From: Thermoanaerobaculia bacterium | GTDB taxonomy: Bacteria; Acidobacteriota; Thermoanaerobaculia; UBA5066 | Assembly (NCBI GenBank): GCA_963821225.1 | Contig: CAWGCY010000004.1 | Span: 401,595-465,594, forward strand | Reading direction: 5' to 3' | Length of the DNA: 64,000 nt | Shown: piece by piece, positions 38,958-47,706 of the stretch | Numbering within the stretch: position 1 is the first letter of the stretch | How the letters are laid out: the number at the start of each line of letters is the position of its first letter | The notes under the pieces: generated by a model | What the model saw: only the letters and a program-made list of their open reading frames with translations | What the model was told of the DNA's origin: nothing | Database searches by the model: none | Program-made: the position numbers and the translations under genes

Positions 38958-39365
38958 TCAGGCCTTCGCCTTTTTCGGGGCGGATGCGCCTGACTTCTTC
39001 GTCTTGCCCGAGGTGCCGCGCGACCCCTTCGACGAGACCTTCTCGGCGAGAGTCGTCGGGCCGCTCACGGTGAGGTAGGGCTTCAGCGTGGAGAAGAACT
39101 TCTCCCCGACGCCCTTGACCTCCATGAGGTCCTCGATGCGCCGGAACGGACCGTGCTCCTTGCGGTGCGACACGATCCGGTCGGCGAGCTTGGCGCCGAC
39201 GCGCGGCAGGCGCGAGAGCTCCGCCGCGGTCGCCTGGTTGATGTTGACGACCTTGTGCATGGCCGGCGGCTCGCCCTCGGCGACGGCAGGATGCGAGGCG
39301 AGGCCGGAAAGCGAGAGCCCGAGGACGGGCACGACGAGCGCGCGGACGATGGGACGGAGAGCCAT
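38958..39365 (-). CDS. comEA: ComEA-like helix-hairpin-helix DNA-binding protein
   Basis: Signal peptide, then VNINQATAAELSRLPRVGAKLADRIVSHRKEHGPFRRIEDLMEVKGVGEKFF (tandem HhH). Confidence 0.7.
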   Translation of the reverse strand: MALRPIVRALVVPVLGLSLSGLASHPAVAEGEPPAMHKVVNINQATAAELSRLPRVGAKLADRIVSHRKEHGPFRRIEDLMEVKGVGEKFFSTLKPYLTVSGPTTLAEKVSSKGSRGTSGKTKKSGASAPKKAKA

Positions 39366-39442
39366 TGGAAACTCCTTTCAGTTTCGTTTTCGTTGTGGAA
39401 ATTCAGGACATTCCGGGGTTCGGGTGTTCCTTCCGCTTGATT

Positions 39443-39458
39443 CCCGGGCGCGCCCGGG
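39443..39458. promoter_or_regulatory. Perfect 16-bp palindrome CCCGGGCGCGCCCGGG in the comEA/ubiX divergent intergenic region (candidate operator)
   Basis: Exact dyad symmetry within a 360-bp divergent promoter region. Confidence 0.3.
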
Positions 39459-39726
39459 TGCGCGTTCAAGGCTCTAGGTCATCCATCACCTCCGCCCCCG
39501 CGCATCGCACGGGCGGTGCCGGGAGCGGAACGTTCCGTGCAACCGACTGGTAGCCGAAGAGTTCTTCTTAGAAGGGGATCGCGGACGCCGCCCGTGCGTG
39601 ACAACTTCTCCTGTCGCGCGTCCCGCCGCCGTTGGCCCTATTCCCTTCTAAGAAAATCTCTTCTCCTCTCCCGCACGAAATGGGGAGACGGCGACAGGAA
39701 AAGCTGTCGCGTAGGACAATCGGGGA

Positions 39727-40350
39727 ATGGCGGCGGCGGGAGGGAAGCGCGACCTGATTCTCGGGATCTCCGGAGCGAGCGGAGCACGTCTCGGACTGCG
39801 CGCGCTCGCGCTCTTCTCCGCTTCACCCGACCTCGAGCACCTCCACGTCGTCGTGTCGCCCCGCGCGCTCCTCGTGGCGCGCACGGAGATCGACGCGGGG
39901 ATCACGTCCGTCGAAGCGCTCCTCGATTCCGCCGACCTCGACGAGGCGGTGCGCGCGAAGCTCGTCCTCCACCCCGAGAGCGCCGTGGACGCCCCGATCT
40001 CCTCGGGCTCGTTCCCCACGCGCGGGATGGCCGTCCTGCCGTGCTCGGCGGGAACGCTCGCGGCGATCGCGCACGGCACGTCGCGTGGCCTCCTGCAGCG
40101 GGCGGCCGACGTCTGCCTCAAGGAACGGCGCCCGCTCGTCCTGGGGCTCCGCGAGACGCCCCTGTCTCTCGTGCATGCCGAGAACATCGTGCGCGTCACG
40201 CGGGCGGGCGGCATCGTCGCGCCCGTCGTTCCCGCGTTCTACGCGGCACGCGAGGCGGACGACCTTCTCGACGCCTACCTGCTGCGAGTCGCCGACCTCC
40301 TCGACGTGAAGATCGACACGGCGGACTACCGCTGGACGGGCGGAACGTGA
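39727..40350 (+). CDS. ubiX: Flavin prenyltransferase UbiX (UbiX/Pad1 family)
   Basis: LILGISGASGARLGLRALALF ... VLPCSAGTLAAIAHGTSRGLLQRAADVCLKERRPLVL matches the UbiX FMN-binding fold. Confidence 0.85.
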   Translation: MAAAGGKRDLILGISGASGARLGLRALALFSASPDLEHLHVVVSPRALLVARTEIDAGITSVEALLDSADLDEAVRAKLVLHPESAVDAPISSGSFPTRGMAVLPCSAGTLAAIAHGTSRGLLQRAADVCLKERRPLVLGLRETPLSLVHAENIVRVTRAGGIVAPVVPAFYAAREADDLLDAYLLRVADLLDVKIDTADYRWTGGT

Positions 40351-41201
40351 AGGGCGTGACGCGGTTCTTCTCCCTCGTCACGTTCTCGCACACCATCTTC
40401 GCGCTGCCGTTCGCGCTGCTCGCGGCCGTGCTCGCGGCGGGGGGGGCGCCGGAGCTTCGGACGCTGGGCCTGATCCTCCTCGCGATGGCGGGCGCGCGCT
40501 CCGCCGCAATGGCCTTCAACCGGATCGCGGACCGCGACCTCGACGCGAAGAACCCGCGTACGGCGGGGCGCGAGATTCCGGCGGGCGCGGTCTCGGTGGC
40601 GGCAGCCTCCGCGTTCTGCGCGATTTCGGCGGCCGTCTTCGTCCTCGCGGCATGGCTCCTGAACCCCCTGTGCTTCGCGCTGTCGCCGCTCGCGCTCGCG
40701 ATCGTCCTCGGCTACTCCTTCACGAAGCGCCTGAGCGCCCTTTCGCATCTCGTCCTCGGGCTGGGCCTCGCGATCGCGCCCGTGGGCGCCTGGATCGCCG
40801 TGACCGGACGTTTTGCGGCGACGCCCGTCGTGCTCGGCCTCAGTGTTCTCTTCTGGGTCGCCGGTTTCGACGTGATCTACAGCCTGCAGGACGAGGCTTT
40901 CGACCGCGCGCACGGCCTCTTCTCCCTGCCGGCGAGAGTCGGCGCCCGCCGCGCGCTCGACCTCTCGACGGTCTTCCACGCGGTGTCTCTCGCGCTGCTT
41001 TATGCCGTTTTCGTCCTGGCCGGGGGAGGGCCGCTCTTCGGCGCCGGCGTCGTCCTGGCGGGGCTCTTCCTCGTCCGCCAGCACGTTCTCGTTTCGGAGA
41101 AGGACCTCTCGCGCGTGAACGGCGCGTTCTTCACGGCGAACGGCTGGCTCTCGGTCGCGGTCTTCCTCTGCGGCGCCGGGGACGTCCTCCTCAGGCGCTA
41201 A
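40347..41201 (+). CDS. UbiA-family aromatic prenyltransferase (4-hydroxybenzoate polyprenyltransferase or MqnP-like)
   Basis: The GTG start overlaps the ubiX stop (GTGA). NRIADRDLDAKNPRT Asp-rich motif. Eight or more TM helices. Confidence 0.8.
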   Translation: MKGVTRFFSLVTFSHTIFALPFALLAAVLAAGGAPELRTLGLILLAMAGARSAAMAFNRIADRDLDAKNPRTAGREIPAGAVSVAAASAFCAISAAVFVLAAWLLNPLCFALSPLALAIVLGYSFTKRLSALSHLVLGLGLAIAPVGAWIAVTGRFAATPVVLGLSVLFWVAGFDVIYSLQDEAFDRAHGLFSLPARVGARRALDLSTVFHAVSLALLYAVFVLAGGGPLFGAGVVLAGLFLVRQHVLVSEKDLSRVNGAFFTANGWLSVAVFLCGAGDVLLRR

Positions 41202-41213
41202 ACTCGCCGCCTC

Positions 41214-41876
41214 GTGCCGGCGCCCACTCCGAAGGAATTCCCGCTTCGTCACATCGCGATCGAAGGCCCGATCGGTGTCGGAAAGACGTCGCTCGTGGGG
41301 CTTCTCGCGAAGCGCTTCAGCGGCACGCAGATCCTCGAGGACGTGACGAATCCCTTTCTCGCGGACTTCTACGCGGGGAAAAAGGGCGCGGCGTTCCAGA
41401 CCCAGATCTATTTCCTGCTTTCGCGCTACCGCCAACAGCAGGAGATCGCCCAGATCGACCTGTTCCGGAACCTCGTGATCGCCGACTACACGTTCGCGAA
41501 AGACAAGATCTTCGCTTACCTCACGCTGAACGACGCCGAGATCGCGCTCTACGACAAGCTCTATGCCACGCTCGCCGCGAGCGTTCCGCGTCCCGACCTC
41601 GTCGTGCACCTCACGGCGAGCGTCGAGACCTGCCTCGGCCGCATCCGGAAGAGGGGCCGCACCTACGAAAAGACGATCGCGCCCGAGTACCTCAAGTCGC
41701 TCGTCGAGGCGTACAACTATTTCTTCTATCACTTTCGGGACTGCCCGCTCCTCGTGGTGGAGACGAACGAGATCGACTTCGTCGAGCGGAAGGGCGACCT
41801 CGAAGACCTCATCGCCCAGGTCAGGCGCCCCTTCCGGGGCACCCAGATCTACGTTCCGCGCGGTTCGAAGAAGTGA
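41214..41876 (+). CDS. Deoxynucleoside kinase (dAK/dGK/dCK family)
   Basis: P-loop IAIEGPIGVGKTSL. The dNK-type region around DLVVHLTASVETCLGRIRKRGRTYEKTI matches the dNK LID/arginine-rich region. Confidence 0.75.
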   Translation: MPAPTPKEFPLRHIAIEGPIGVGKTSLVGLLAKRFSGTQILEDVTNPFLADFYAGKKGAAFQTQIYFLLSRYRQQQEIAQIDLFRNLVIADYTFAKDKIFAYLTLNDAEIALYDKLYATLAASVPRPDLVVHLTASVETCLGRIRKRGRTYEKTIAPEYLKSLVEAYNYFFYHFRDCPLLVVETNEIDFVERKGDLEDLIAQVRRPFRGTQIYVPRGSKK

Positions 41877-41880
41877 AGCC

Positions 41881-42213
41881 GTGGCGGCCGGGACGGAGCG
41901 CGAGAAGGACGGCCTTGCGGTCTCCCCGCTCAACGCGCGGCTCTCGCCCGAGGAGCGCAGGGCCGCGCCGGCTCTCTTCCGCGCCCTCCTGGCGGGCCAG
42001 CTCCTCCACGCGCTCGGGGAGCGGAGGGCGGGGAAGATCCTCGCGGCCACGCGAAGAGCTCTCGAGATGGAGCCGGGCCTGAGGATCGACTCCCTCGATC
42101 TCGTGGATGCCGGAACCTTCCTTCCCGTCAAGAAGACCAAGGGGCCGGCACTCCTCGTGGGGGCCGTCTACGCGGGAGAGACGCGCCTCACCGACCGCGT
42201 ACGGCTCGAATGA
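41881..42213 (+). pseudogene. Orphan pantoate-beta-alanine ligase (PanC) C-terminal domain, with no N-terminal nucleotidyltransferase domain: probable gene remnant
   Basis: 110-aa frame ending ...RIDSLDLVDAGTFLPVKKTKGPALLVGAVYAGETRLTDRVRLE closely matches the PanC C-terminal consensus (RVDYxELVDxxTLxPV....LLxAARxGxTRLIDN). The upstream in-frame sequence overlaps the dNK gene and is Arg/Ser-rich junk. No HIGH-motif domain is present. Confidence 0.35.
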
Positions 42214-42543
42214 GAAACGGTCTCTTCAATTTTTTTCTTGCTTTTGCGGACATTCTTGTTTCTCATTGATCCAATAACGCCAGGGAGAGTTCGCGGACCA
42301 TTCCCCGATGTCTTCACCGGCAGAGAGGTCATGGCCGGAAGGTCTTGGTCAAGGAGGTTCCCCCTTATTTCCAACCCCTCGGGGCCCCATCTGGGAAACG
42401 GCCCCACCGAAGCCTCCTGAAGTCCCGGAGCCGGTGAAGGTTTCCCTCACCCCAACCCGGCGGCCGCTGTTCCGCGTGGAGCCGCGCCCGCGAATCCCCC
42501 ACGGTTCTCCGATCCTGGATCGGAAACCTTTTTCGGAGTTCTG

Positions 42544-42831
42544 ATGTACACGGACAAGACCATTCCCTGTATCGACTGCGGCACACCCTTCATCTTCACG
42601 GCCAACGAGCAGGAGTTCTATGCGCAGAAGGGCTTCTCGAACGAGCCCAAGCGCTGCAAGGCCTGCCGCGACAAGCGCAAGACCGGCGGGTTCGGCGACG
42701 GAGGCGCGCGCCAGCTCTACAACGTGACGTGCGACGCGTGCGGCAAGACCACGCAGGTGCCGTTCAACCCGACGAACGGCAAGCCCGTCTATTGCCGCGA
42801 CTGCTACCGGGAGAGAAGGCCGGCCCGATAG
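42544..42831 (+). CDS. Small tandem zinc-ribbon protein (two CxxC...CxxC units)
   Basis: 95 aa with two similar halves (IPCIDCGTPFIFTANEQEFYAQKGF..RCKACR and VTCDACGKTTQVPFNPTNGKPVYCRDCY). Followed by a strong terminator. Confidence 0.55.
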   Translation: MYTDKTIPCIDCGTPFIFTANEQEFYAQKGFSNEPKRCKACRDKRKTGGFGDGGARQLYNVTCDACGKTTQVPFNPTNGKPVYCRDCYRERRPAR

Positions 42832-42837
42832 GGTGGG

Positions 42838-42875
42838 TTAGCAGCGCGCGCATTCGCGCGCGCTGCTAAAGTTCT
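42838..42875 (+). terminator. Intrinsic terminator
   Basis: TAGCAGCGCGCG-CATT-CGCGCGCTGCTA perfect 12-bp stem followed by AAGTTCTCT. Confidence 0.6.
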
Positions 42876-42884
42876 CTGGCTCAA

Positions 42885-43823
42885 ATGTCTGTTCTCGCTG
42901 CACGTCCGCTCTACGTCGCCGATTCCTCGCTGGATCTCATCGGAAAGACGCCGATGGTCCGGCTGTCGCGCTTCGCGGGGAGCGGCACCGCCGAGATCCT
43001 CGCCAAGTGCGAGTTCCTGAACCCCGGCGGCTCGGTGAAAGACCGCATCGGGATCGGGATGATCCGCGACGCGGAGGAGAAGGGTTTCCTGAAGCCGGGC
43101 GGCACCATCATCGAACCGACGGCCGGGAATACGGGCATCGGGCTCGCGCTCGTGGGCGTGGCGCGCGGGTATCGCGTCATTCTCTGCGTGCCCGAGCGAT
43201 TCTCGATCGAGAAGCAGAAAATCATGACAGCCCTCGGCGGCAGCGTCGTTCGGACGCCCGACGCCCTCGGCATGAAGGGCGCGATCGACAAGGCGCACGC
43301 CCTCGCGAACGAGATCCCCGGCGCCTACGTGCCGCAGCAGTTCGCGAACCCCTCGAATCCACGCGCGCACTACGAGACGACGGGCCCCGAGATCCTGGAG
43401 CAGTGCGAGGGCCGCCTCGACGCGATCGTCATCGGCGCCGGCTCCACCGGCACGTTCATGGGGGTCGCACAGTTTCTCGTCGAGCGCCTGCCCGCGCTCC
43501 TGAAAGTCGCCGTCGAGCCGCAGGGCTCGATCCTCGGGGGAGGGAAGCCGGGCCCGCACAAGGTGGAGGGGATCGGGTCCTCGTTCCTTCCGGAGATCTG
43601 GAACGCTTCGCTCGCGGACGAGATCATCGCGATCGACGACGAGGAGGCCTTCGCCACGGTCCTCGAGATCGCGCGCACGGAAGGGCTCCTCGTGGGCGGA
43701 TCCTCCGGCTGCAACGCTGCGGCCGCGCGGCGGATCGCCCGCCGCCTCGGTCCCGGCAAGCGCGTCGTCACGCTGCTGCCGGATGGCGCGGAGAGGTATG
43801 TGAGCAAGGGGATCCTCGGATGA
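42885..43823 (+). CDS. Cysteine synthase / cystathionine beta-synthase-like PLP enzyme (fold type II), MccA-like
   Basis: PLP-lysine region GGSVKDRIG, GNTGIGLALV, and an Asn loop consistent with CysK/CBS. Confidence 0.8.
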   Translation: MSVLAARPLYVADSSLDLIGKTPMVRLSRFAGSGTAEILAKCEFLNPGGSVKDRIGIGMIRDAEEKGFLKPGGTIIEPTAGNTGIGLALVGVARGYRVILCVPERFSIEKQKIMTALGGSVVRTPDALGMKGAIDKAHALANEIPGAYVPQQFANPSNPRAHYETTGPEILEQCEGRLDAIVIGAGSTGTFMGVAQFLVERLPALLKVAVEPQGSILGGGKPGPHKVEGIGSSFLPEIWNASLADEIIAIDDEEAFATVLEIARTEGLLVGGSSGCNAAAARRIARRLGPGKRVVTLLPDGAERYVSKGILG

Positions 43824-45052
43824 AAGCCAAGCCCCGCGGCGAGACGCTCAAGAAGACGCCCGGAAAGACGCGAGTTCCGGGCTTCGCGACGACGTGCGTC
43901 CACGCGGGCCAGGAGCCCGAGCCGCTCACCGGGGCGGTCGCCGTGCCGATCTTCCAGACGTCGACGTTCATCCAGGAGAGCTTCGGGGTGCCGCGCCAGG
44001 GCTACGAGTACGCGCGCACGAAGAACCCCACGCGGCTCGCCCTCGAGACGCAGCTCGCCGCGCTCGAAGGCGGGCCCGGCGGTTCCGCGACGGCGCACGC
44101 GTTCGCGTCCGGGATGGCGGCTGAAACGTCGCTCATGCTCAGCTTCGTCAAAGCGGGCGACCACGTGCTCGTGAGCCGCAATACGTACGGCGGCACCTAC
44201 CGGTTCTTCTCGAAGGTTCTCGCGAACTTCGGCGTGACGTTCGACTACATCGACACGACGGATCCCGGGACCGTGCGCAAAGCCGTGACGAGGGCGACGC
44301 GCATGCTCTTCGTCGAGACGCCCACGAATCCCACGATGGAGATCTCGGACCTCGAGGCGCTGGCCGCGGTCGCGAGGGATGCATCGAAGAGCATCGGCGC
44401 GAAGATCCGGGTCGTCGTCGACAACACCTTCGCGACGCCATTCTTCCAGAAACCCCTCGCGCTGGGGTGCGACGTCGTCGTCCATTCCACGACGAAGTAC
44501 CTGAACGGCCATTCGGACTCGGTCGGCGGAGCGGTGATCTGCGCGGACCCGGCGGACGGCGAGAAGATCGGCTTCACGCAGAACGCCGCGGGCGCGATCC
44601 TCTCGCCGTTCGACTCTTTCCTCGTGTCGCGCGGCATCAAGACGCTCCCCGTGCGCATGCGCGCCCACGACGCGAACGGCCGCGCGGTGGCGGCCTGGCT
44701 CACCGCGCACGCGAAGGTGAAGAAAGTCTTCTATCCGGGACTTTCGTCGCATCCCGGACACGCCGTCGCGGCGAGGCAGATGTCGGGTTTCGGCGGGATG
44801 ATCTCGTTCGACCTCGGGTCGATCGAGGCCGTGAAGCGCTTCCTCGACCGCGTCGTCGTGTGCGCCCTCGGCGAGTCGCTGGGCGGCGTCGAGAGCCTCA
44901 TCTCGCACCCCGCCTCGATGACGCACGCGAGCGTCGAGCCCGAGGAACGCCTGAAGCGCGGCATCACGCCGGGGCTCGTCCGCGTGTCCGTGGGAATCGA
45001 GGACGTGGAGGACATCCTCCAGGACCTCGAGAACGCCCTCGCCGCCGTCTGA
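43820..45052 (+). CDS. Cystathionine gamma-lyase/gamma-synthase family PLP enzyme (MetB/MetC/MccB)
   Basis: The ATG overlaps the upstream stop (ATGA). VVHSTTKYLNGHSDSVGG PLP-lysine motif. Cys/Met-metabolism PLP-enzyme family. Confidence 0.8.
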   Translation: MKAKPRGETLKKTPGKTRVPGFATTCVHAGQEPEPLTGAVAVPIFQTSTFIQESFGVPRQGYEYARTKNPTRLALETQLAALEGGPGGSATAHAFASGMAAETSLMLSFVKAGDHVLVSRNTYGGTYRFFSKVLANFGVTFDYIDTTDPGTVRKAVTRATRMLFVETPTNPTMEISDLEALAAVARDASKSIGAKIRVVVDNTFATPFFQKPLALGCDVVVHSTTKYLNGHSDSVGGAVICADPADGEKIGFTQNAAGAILSPFDSFLVSRGIKTLPVRMRAHDANGRAVAAWLTAHAKVKKVFYPGLSSHPGHAVAARQMSGFGGMISFDLGSIEAVKRFLDRVVVCALGESLGGVESLISHPASMTHASVEPEERLKRGITPGLVRVSVGIEDVEDILQDLENALAAV

Positions 45053-45058
45053 TCCGCG

Positions 45059-45490
45059 TCAGTCGATCGTGGCCTCTCCGGGCTCGTCCTCGTCGTCCGC
45101 CGGATTCTCGATTCCCGTGGAGTTCGCGGCCACCCAAGCGGCGAAGGCTTCGTCGGCGTGACTCGCGGGGAAAGCGAGGATCTCGGGCAGCTCGTAGGTG
45201 TTGAGCTCCTTCAGAAGCTGCCTCACGCGCTCGAAGTTCCCCTTCAAGGTCTTGACCATCAGCAGAAATTCGCCCTCGTGCCGGATTTTTCCCTTCCAGC
45301 GGAAAACGGATCTGACGCCCGGCAGGATGTTGACGCACGCCGCGAGCTGGCTCTCGACGAGACGCTGCGCGATGTCGAGCGCCTGCTCCTCGGTGCCGAC
45401 CGACGTCACGACGACGAGGAGCGAAGGGGAGGCTTTCACCGGGCTCTTCACCACGCCGGTCAAGGTAAGGGACCCGCGCCGCGGCGTCAA
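45059..45490 (-). CDS. cutA: Divalent-cation tolerance protein CutA
   Basis: LVVVTSVGTEEQALDIAQRLVESQLAACVNI...GEFLLMVKT...YELPEILA is the CutA1 signature. True start is likely the internal GTG, about 12 codons in. Confidence 0.7.
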   Translation of the reverse strand: MTPRRGSLTLTGVVKSPVKASPSLLVVVTSVGTEEQALDIAQRLVESQLAACVNILPGVRSVFRWKGKIRHEGEFLLMVKTLKGNFERVRQLLKELNTYELPEILAFPASHADEAFAAWVAANSTGIENPADDEDEPGEATID

Positions 45491-45522
45491 GCGCTTGGAT
45501 CGGATGTGAGATCCTTGGCCGG

Positions 45523-46422
45523 GTGGAGATGGTTCTTCCCGAGCGCGTCACGCTCATCGAGGTCGGCCCCCGCGACGGCTTTCAGTCCGAGCAGAAGCTC
45601 ATCCCGACCGACCTGAAGGTCGAGATGATCGAGGGGCTCGCGGACGCGGGCCTCACGGAGATCCAGGTCTGCTCGTTCGTTCACCCCGCGCGCGTGCCGC
45701 AGATGGCCGATGCGGAGGAAGTCGTCAGGCGGGTCGGGACGCGCGCGGGCGTCACGTACAGCGGCCTCGCCCTGAACCTCAGAGGAGTCGAACGCGCCGC
45801 CGCCGCGGGCCTCCGCGCCGTCGACCTCTCGATCTCGACGAGCGAGACGCACAGCAAGAAGAACGCGAACCGCTCTCTTCCCGAGGCGCGCGCGGACGTC
45901 AGGGTCATGATCCGGGCCGCGACGTCGAAGGGCCTGAGGACGCGCGTAGGCCTCCAGTGCGCCTTCGGATGCGCGTACGAGGGCGCCATTCCGCTGGACC
46001 GCGTCGTCGAGATGTCTCGGGAGATCGTGGCGGAAGGCGCCGCCGCGCTTTCCCTCGCCGACTCGACTGGCATGGCCAACCCGAAGCAGGTCGCGGAGGT
46101 CCTCGGGCGCGTCCTTCCCGTTGCCGGAGCGGTTCCTGTCGTCCTTCACCTTCACGACACGCGCGGCCTCGGGCTGCCGAATCTCCTCGCAGGGCTGCAG
46201 GCCGGCGTCACGCGCTTCGACACCGGGTTCGGGGGCCTCGGCGGCTGCCCGTTCATTCCGGGGGCGTCGGGCAACATCGCGACGGAGGACACCGTGAACA
46301 TGCTCGAGGCGATGGGCGTCGTGACGGGAGTCGCGCTCGAGCCCGTGATCCGTGCCGCGCGCCGGATGGAGGGATTCCTCGGGAGGAGCCTCCCCGGCAA
46401 GATCCACGCGCTCGCCGCATGA
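45523..46422 (+). CDS. Hydroxymethylglutaryl-CoA lyase (HMGL-like TIM-barrel)
   Basis: VTLIEVGPRDGFQ, ...HLHDTRGLGLPNLLAGLQAGVTRFDTGFGGLGGCPF match HMG-CoA lyase. Confidence 0.8.
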   Translation: MEMVLPERVTLIEVGPRDGFQSEQKLIPTDLKVEMIEGLADAGLTEIQVCSFVHPARVPQMADAEEVVRRVGTRAGVTYSGLALNLRGVERAAAAGLRAVDLSISTSETHSKKNANRSLPEARADVRVMIRAATSKGLRTRVGLQCAFGCAYEGAIPLDRVVEMSREIVAEGAAALSLADSTGMANPKQVAEVLGRVLPVAGAVPVVLHLHDTRGLGLPNLLAGLQAGVTRFDTGFGGLGGCPFIPGASGNIATEDTVNMLEAMGVVTGVALEPVIRAARRMEGFLGRSLPGKIHALAA

Positions 46423-46454
46423 GATCCGGCGCCCATGGCCGAGAGCCTGACCAG

Positions 46455-47642
46455 ATGACGCTCCCCCTCGCGGACATCACGGTCCTCGAGTTCACGCACG
46501 CCGTGATGGGCCCTGCGTGCGGCCTCATCCTCGCGGATCTCGGGGCCGACGTGGTCCGCATCGAACCCGTGGACGGCGACCCTACACGCCGCCTGCGAGG
46601 TTTCGGGACGGGCTACTTCCCGTACTTCAACCGCAACAAAGGGAGCCTCGCCCTCGACCTGAAAACGCCGGAAGGGAAGGAGATCGTCTTCCGCCTCGCG
46701 AAGACCGCCGACGTCGTCGTCGAGAACTTCGGCCCCGGCACAATGGAGCGGCTCGGGTACGGATGGGACGTGCTCTCTCGGCTCAACCCGAGGCTCGTGT
46801 ACTGCGCTCTGAAGGGTTTTCTGTCGGGCCCTTACGAGAAGCGCCACGCCATGGACGAGGTCGTCCAGATGATGGGCGGCCTCGCCTACATGACGGGCCC
46901 CCCCGGCCAGCCGTTGCGCGCCGGAACGTCCGTCATCGACATCACGGGCGGCATGTTCGGCGTGATCGCGATCCTCCTCGCGCTCAAGGAGCGGGCCGAG
47001 ACGGGGACGGGCTCGAAGGTGAAGAGCGCGCTTTTCGAGACGACCGCCTTTCTGATGGGTCAGCACATGGCCTACGCGGCGCTCACTGACGAGCCCGTGC
47101 CCCCGATGGCGGCGCGCGTCTCGGCGTGGTCCGTCTACCGCGTCTTCACGGGAAAGGACGGCCAGCCCGTCTTCGTGGGCCTCATCTCCGACAAGCACTG
47201 GGAGCGGTTCTGCGAAGTCTTCGGGCGCCCGGACCTCCTTCGCGACTCCCGCCTGCGCACGAACAACGACCGCATCAAGGAGCGCGCGTGGCTGCTGCCC
47301 GAGATCGAGAGGCTCCTGGGCGCCTTGACGCGCGACGAGATCGTCGCCGGCTGCGAGAAGGCGGACGTGCCGTTCGCTCCGATCGCGCGGCCGGAGGACC
47401 TGTTCACGGACCCGCAGTTGAATCAGGGTGCGGGCCTCTTGCCCACGACCTTCCCCGGCGGAGTCGAGACGAAGATGCCGCGCCTTCCCATCGAGGTCGG
47501 CCGCCACGACTTCGGGATCCGGTGCGACCCTGCCGCGATCGGCGCCGACACGCGCGAGGTCCTGCGCGGCGCCGGCTACAGCGACCGTGAGATCGACGCG
47601 CTTCTCGCGAAGGGCGTCGTCGCCGCACCGGGTCGCGGCTAG
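46455..47642 (+). CDS. Family III CoA-transferase (CaiB/BaiF)
   Basis: ITVLEFTHAVMGPACGLILADLGADVVRIEP... is the CoA-transferase III N-terminal signature. The ATG at 46455 is in-frame within a longer upstream track ORF. Confidence 0.8.
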   Translation: MTLPLADITVLEFTHAVMGPACGLILADLGADVVRIEPVDGDPTRRLRGFGTGYFPYFNRNKGSLALDLKTPEGKEIVFRLAKTADVVVENFGPGTMERLGYGWDVLSRLNPRLVYCALKGFLSGPYEKRHAMDEVVQMMGGLAYMTGPPGQPLRAGTSVIDITGGMFGVIAILLALKERAETGTGSKVKSALFETTAFLMGQHMAYAALTDEPVPPMAARVSAWSVYRVFTGKDGQPVFVGLISDKHWERFCEVFGRPDLLRDSRLRTNNDRIKERAWLLPEIERLLGALTRDEIVAGCEKADVPFAPIARPEDLFTDPQLNQGAGLLPTTFPGGVETKMPRLPIEVGRHDFGIRCDPAAIGADTREVLRGAGYSDREIDALLAKGVVAAPGRG

Positions 47643-47706
47643 CCTTCCGCGGCCCGGGGGGCTATCGTCAAGGGAAACCGGCTTCCTTTTTTCGAAGGAG
47701 GATTTC

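Noticed and set aside
40326-42140. 604-aa antisense ORF across ubiA/dNK region and + ORF 40652..42082
   Set aside because: Low-complexity alternate frames. Sense genes are well supported.
42308-42544. 78-aa Pro-rich ORF in the long leader before the zinc-ribbon gene
   Set aside because: No RBS, extreme Pro/Glu/Arg bias, and it sits inside a region with multiple RNA hairpins. More likely non-coding leader or ncRNA.
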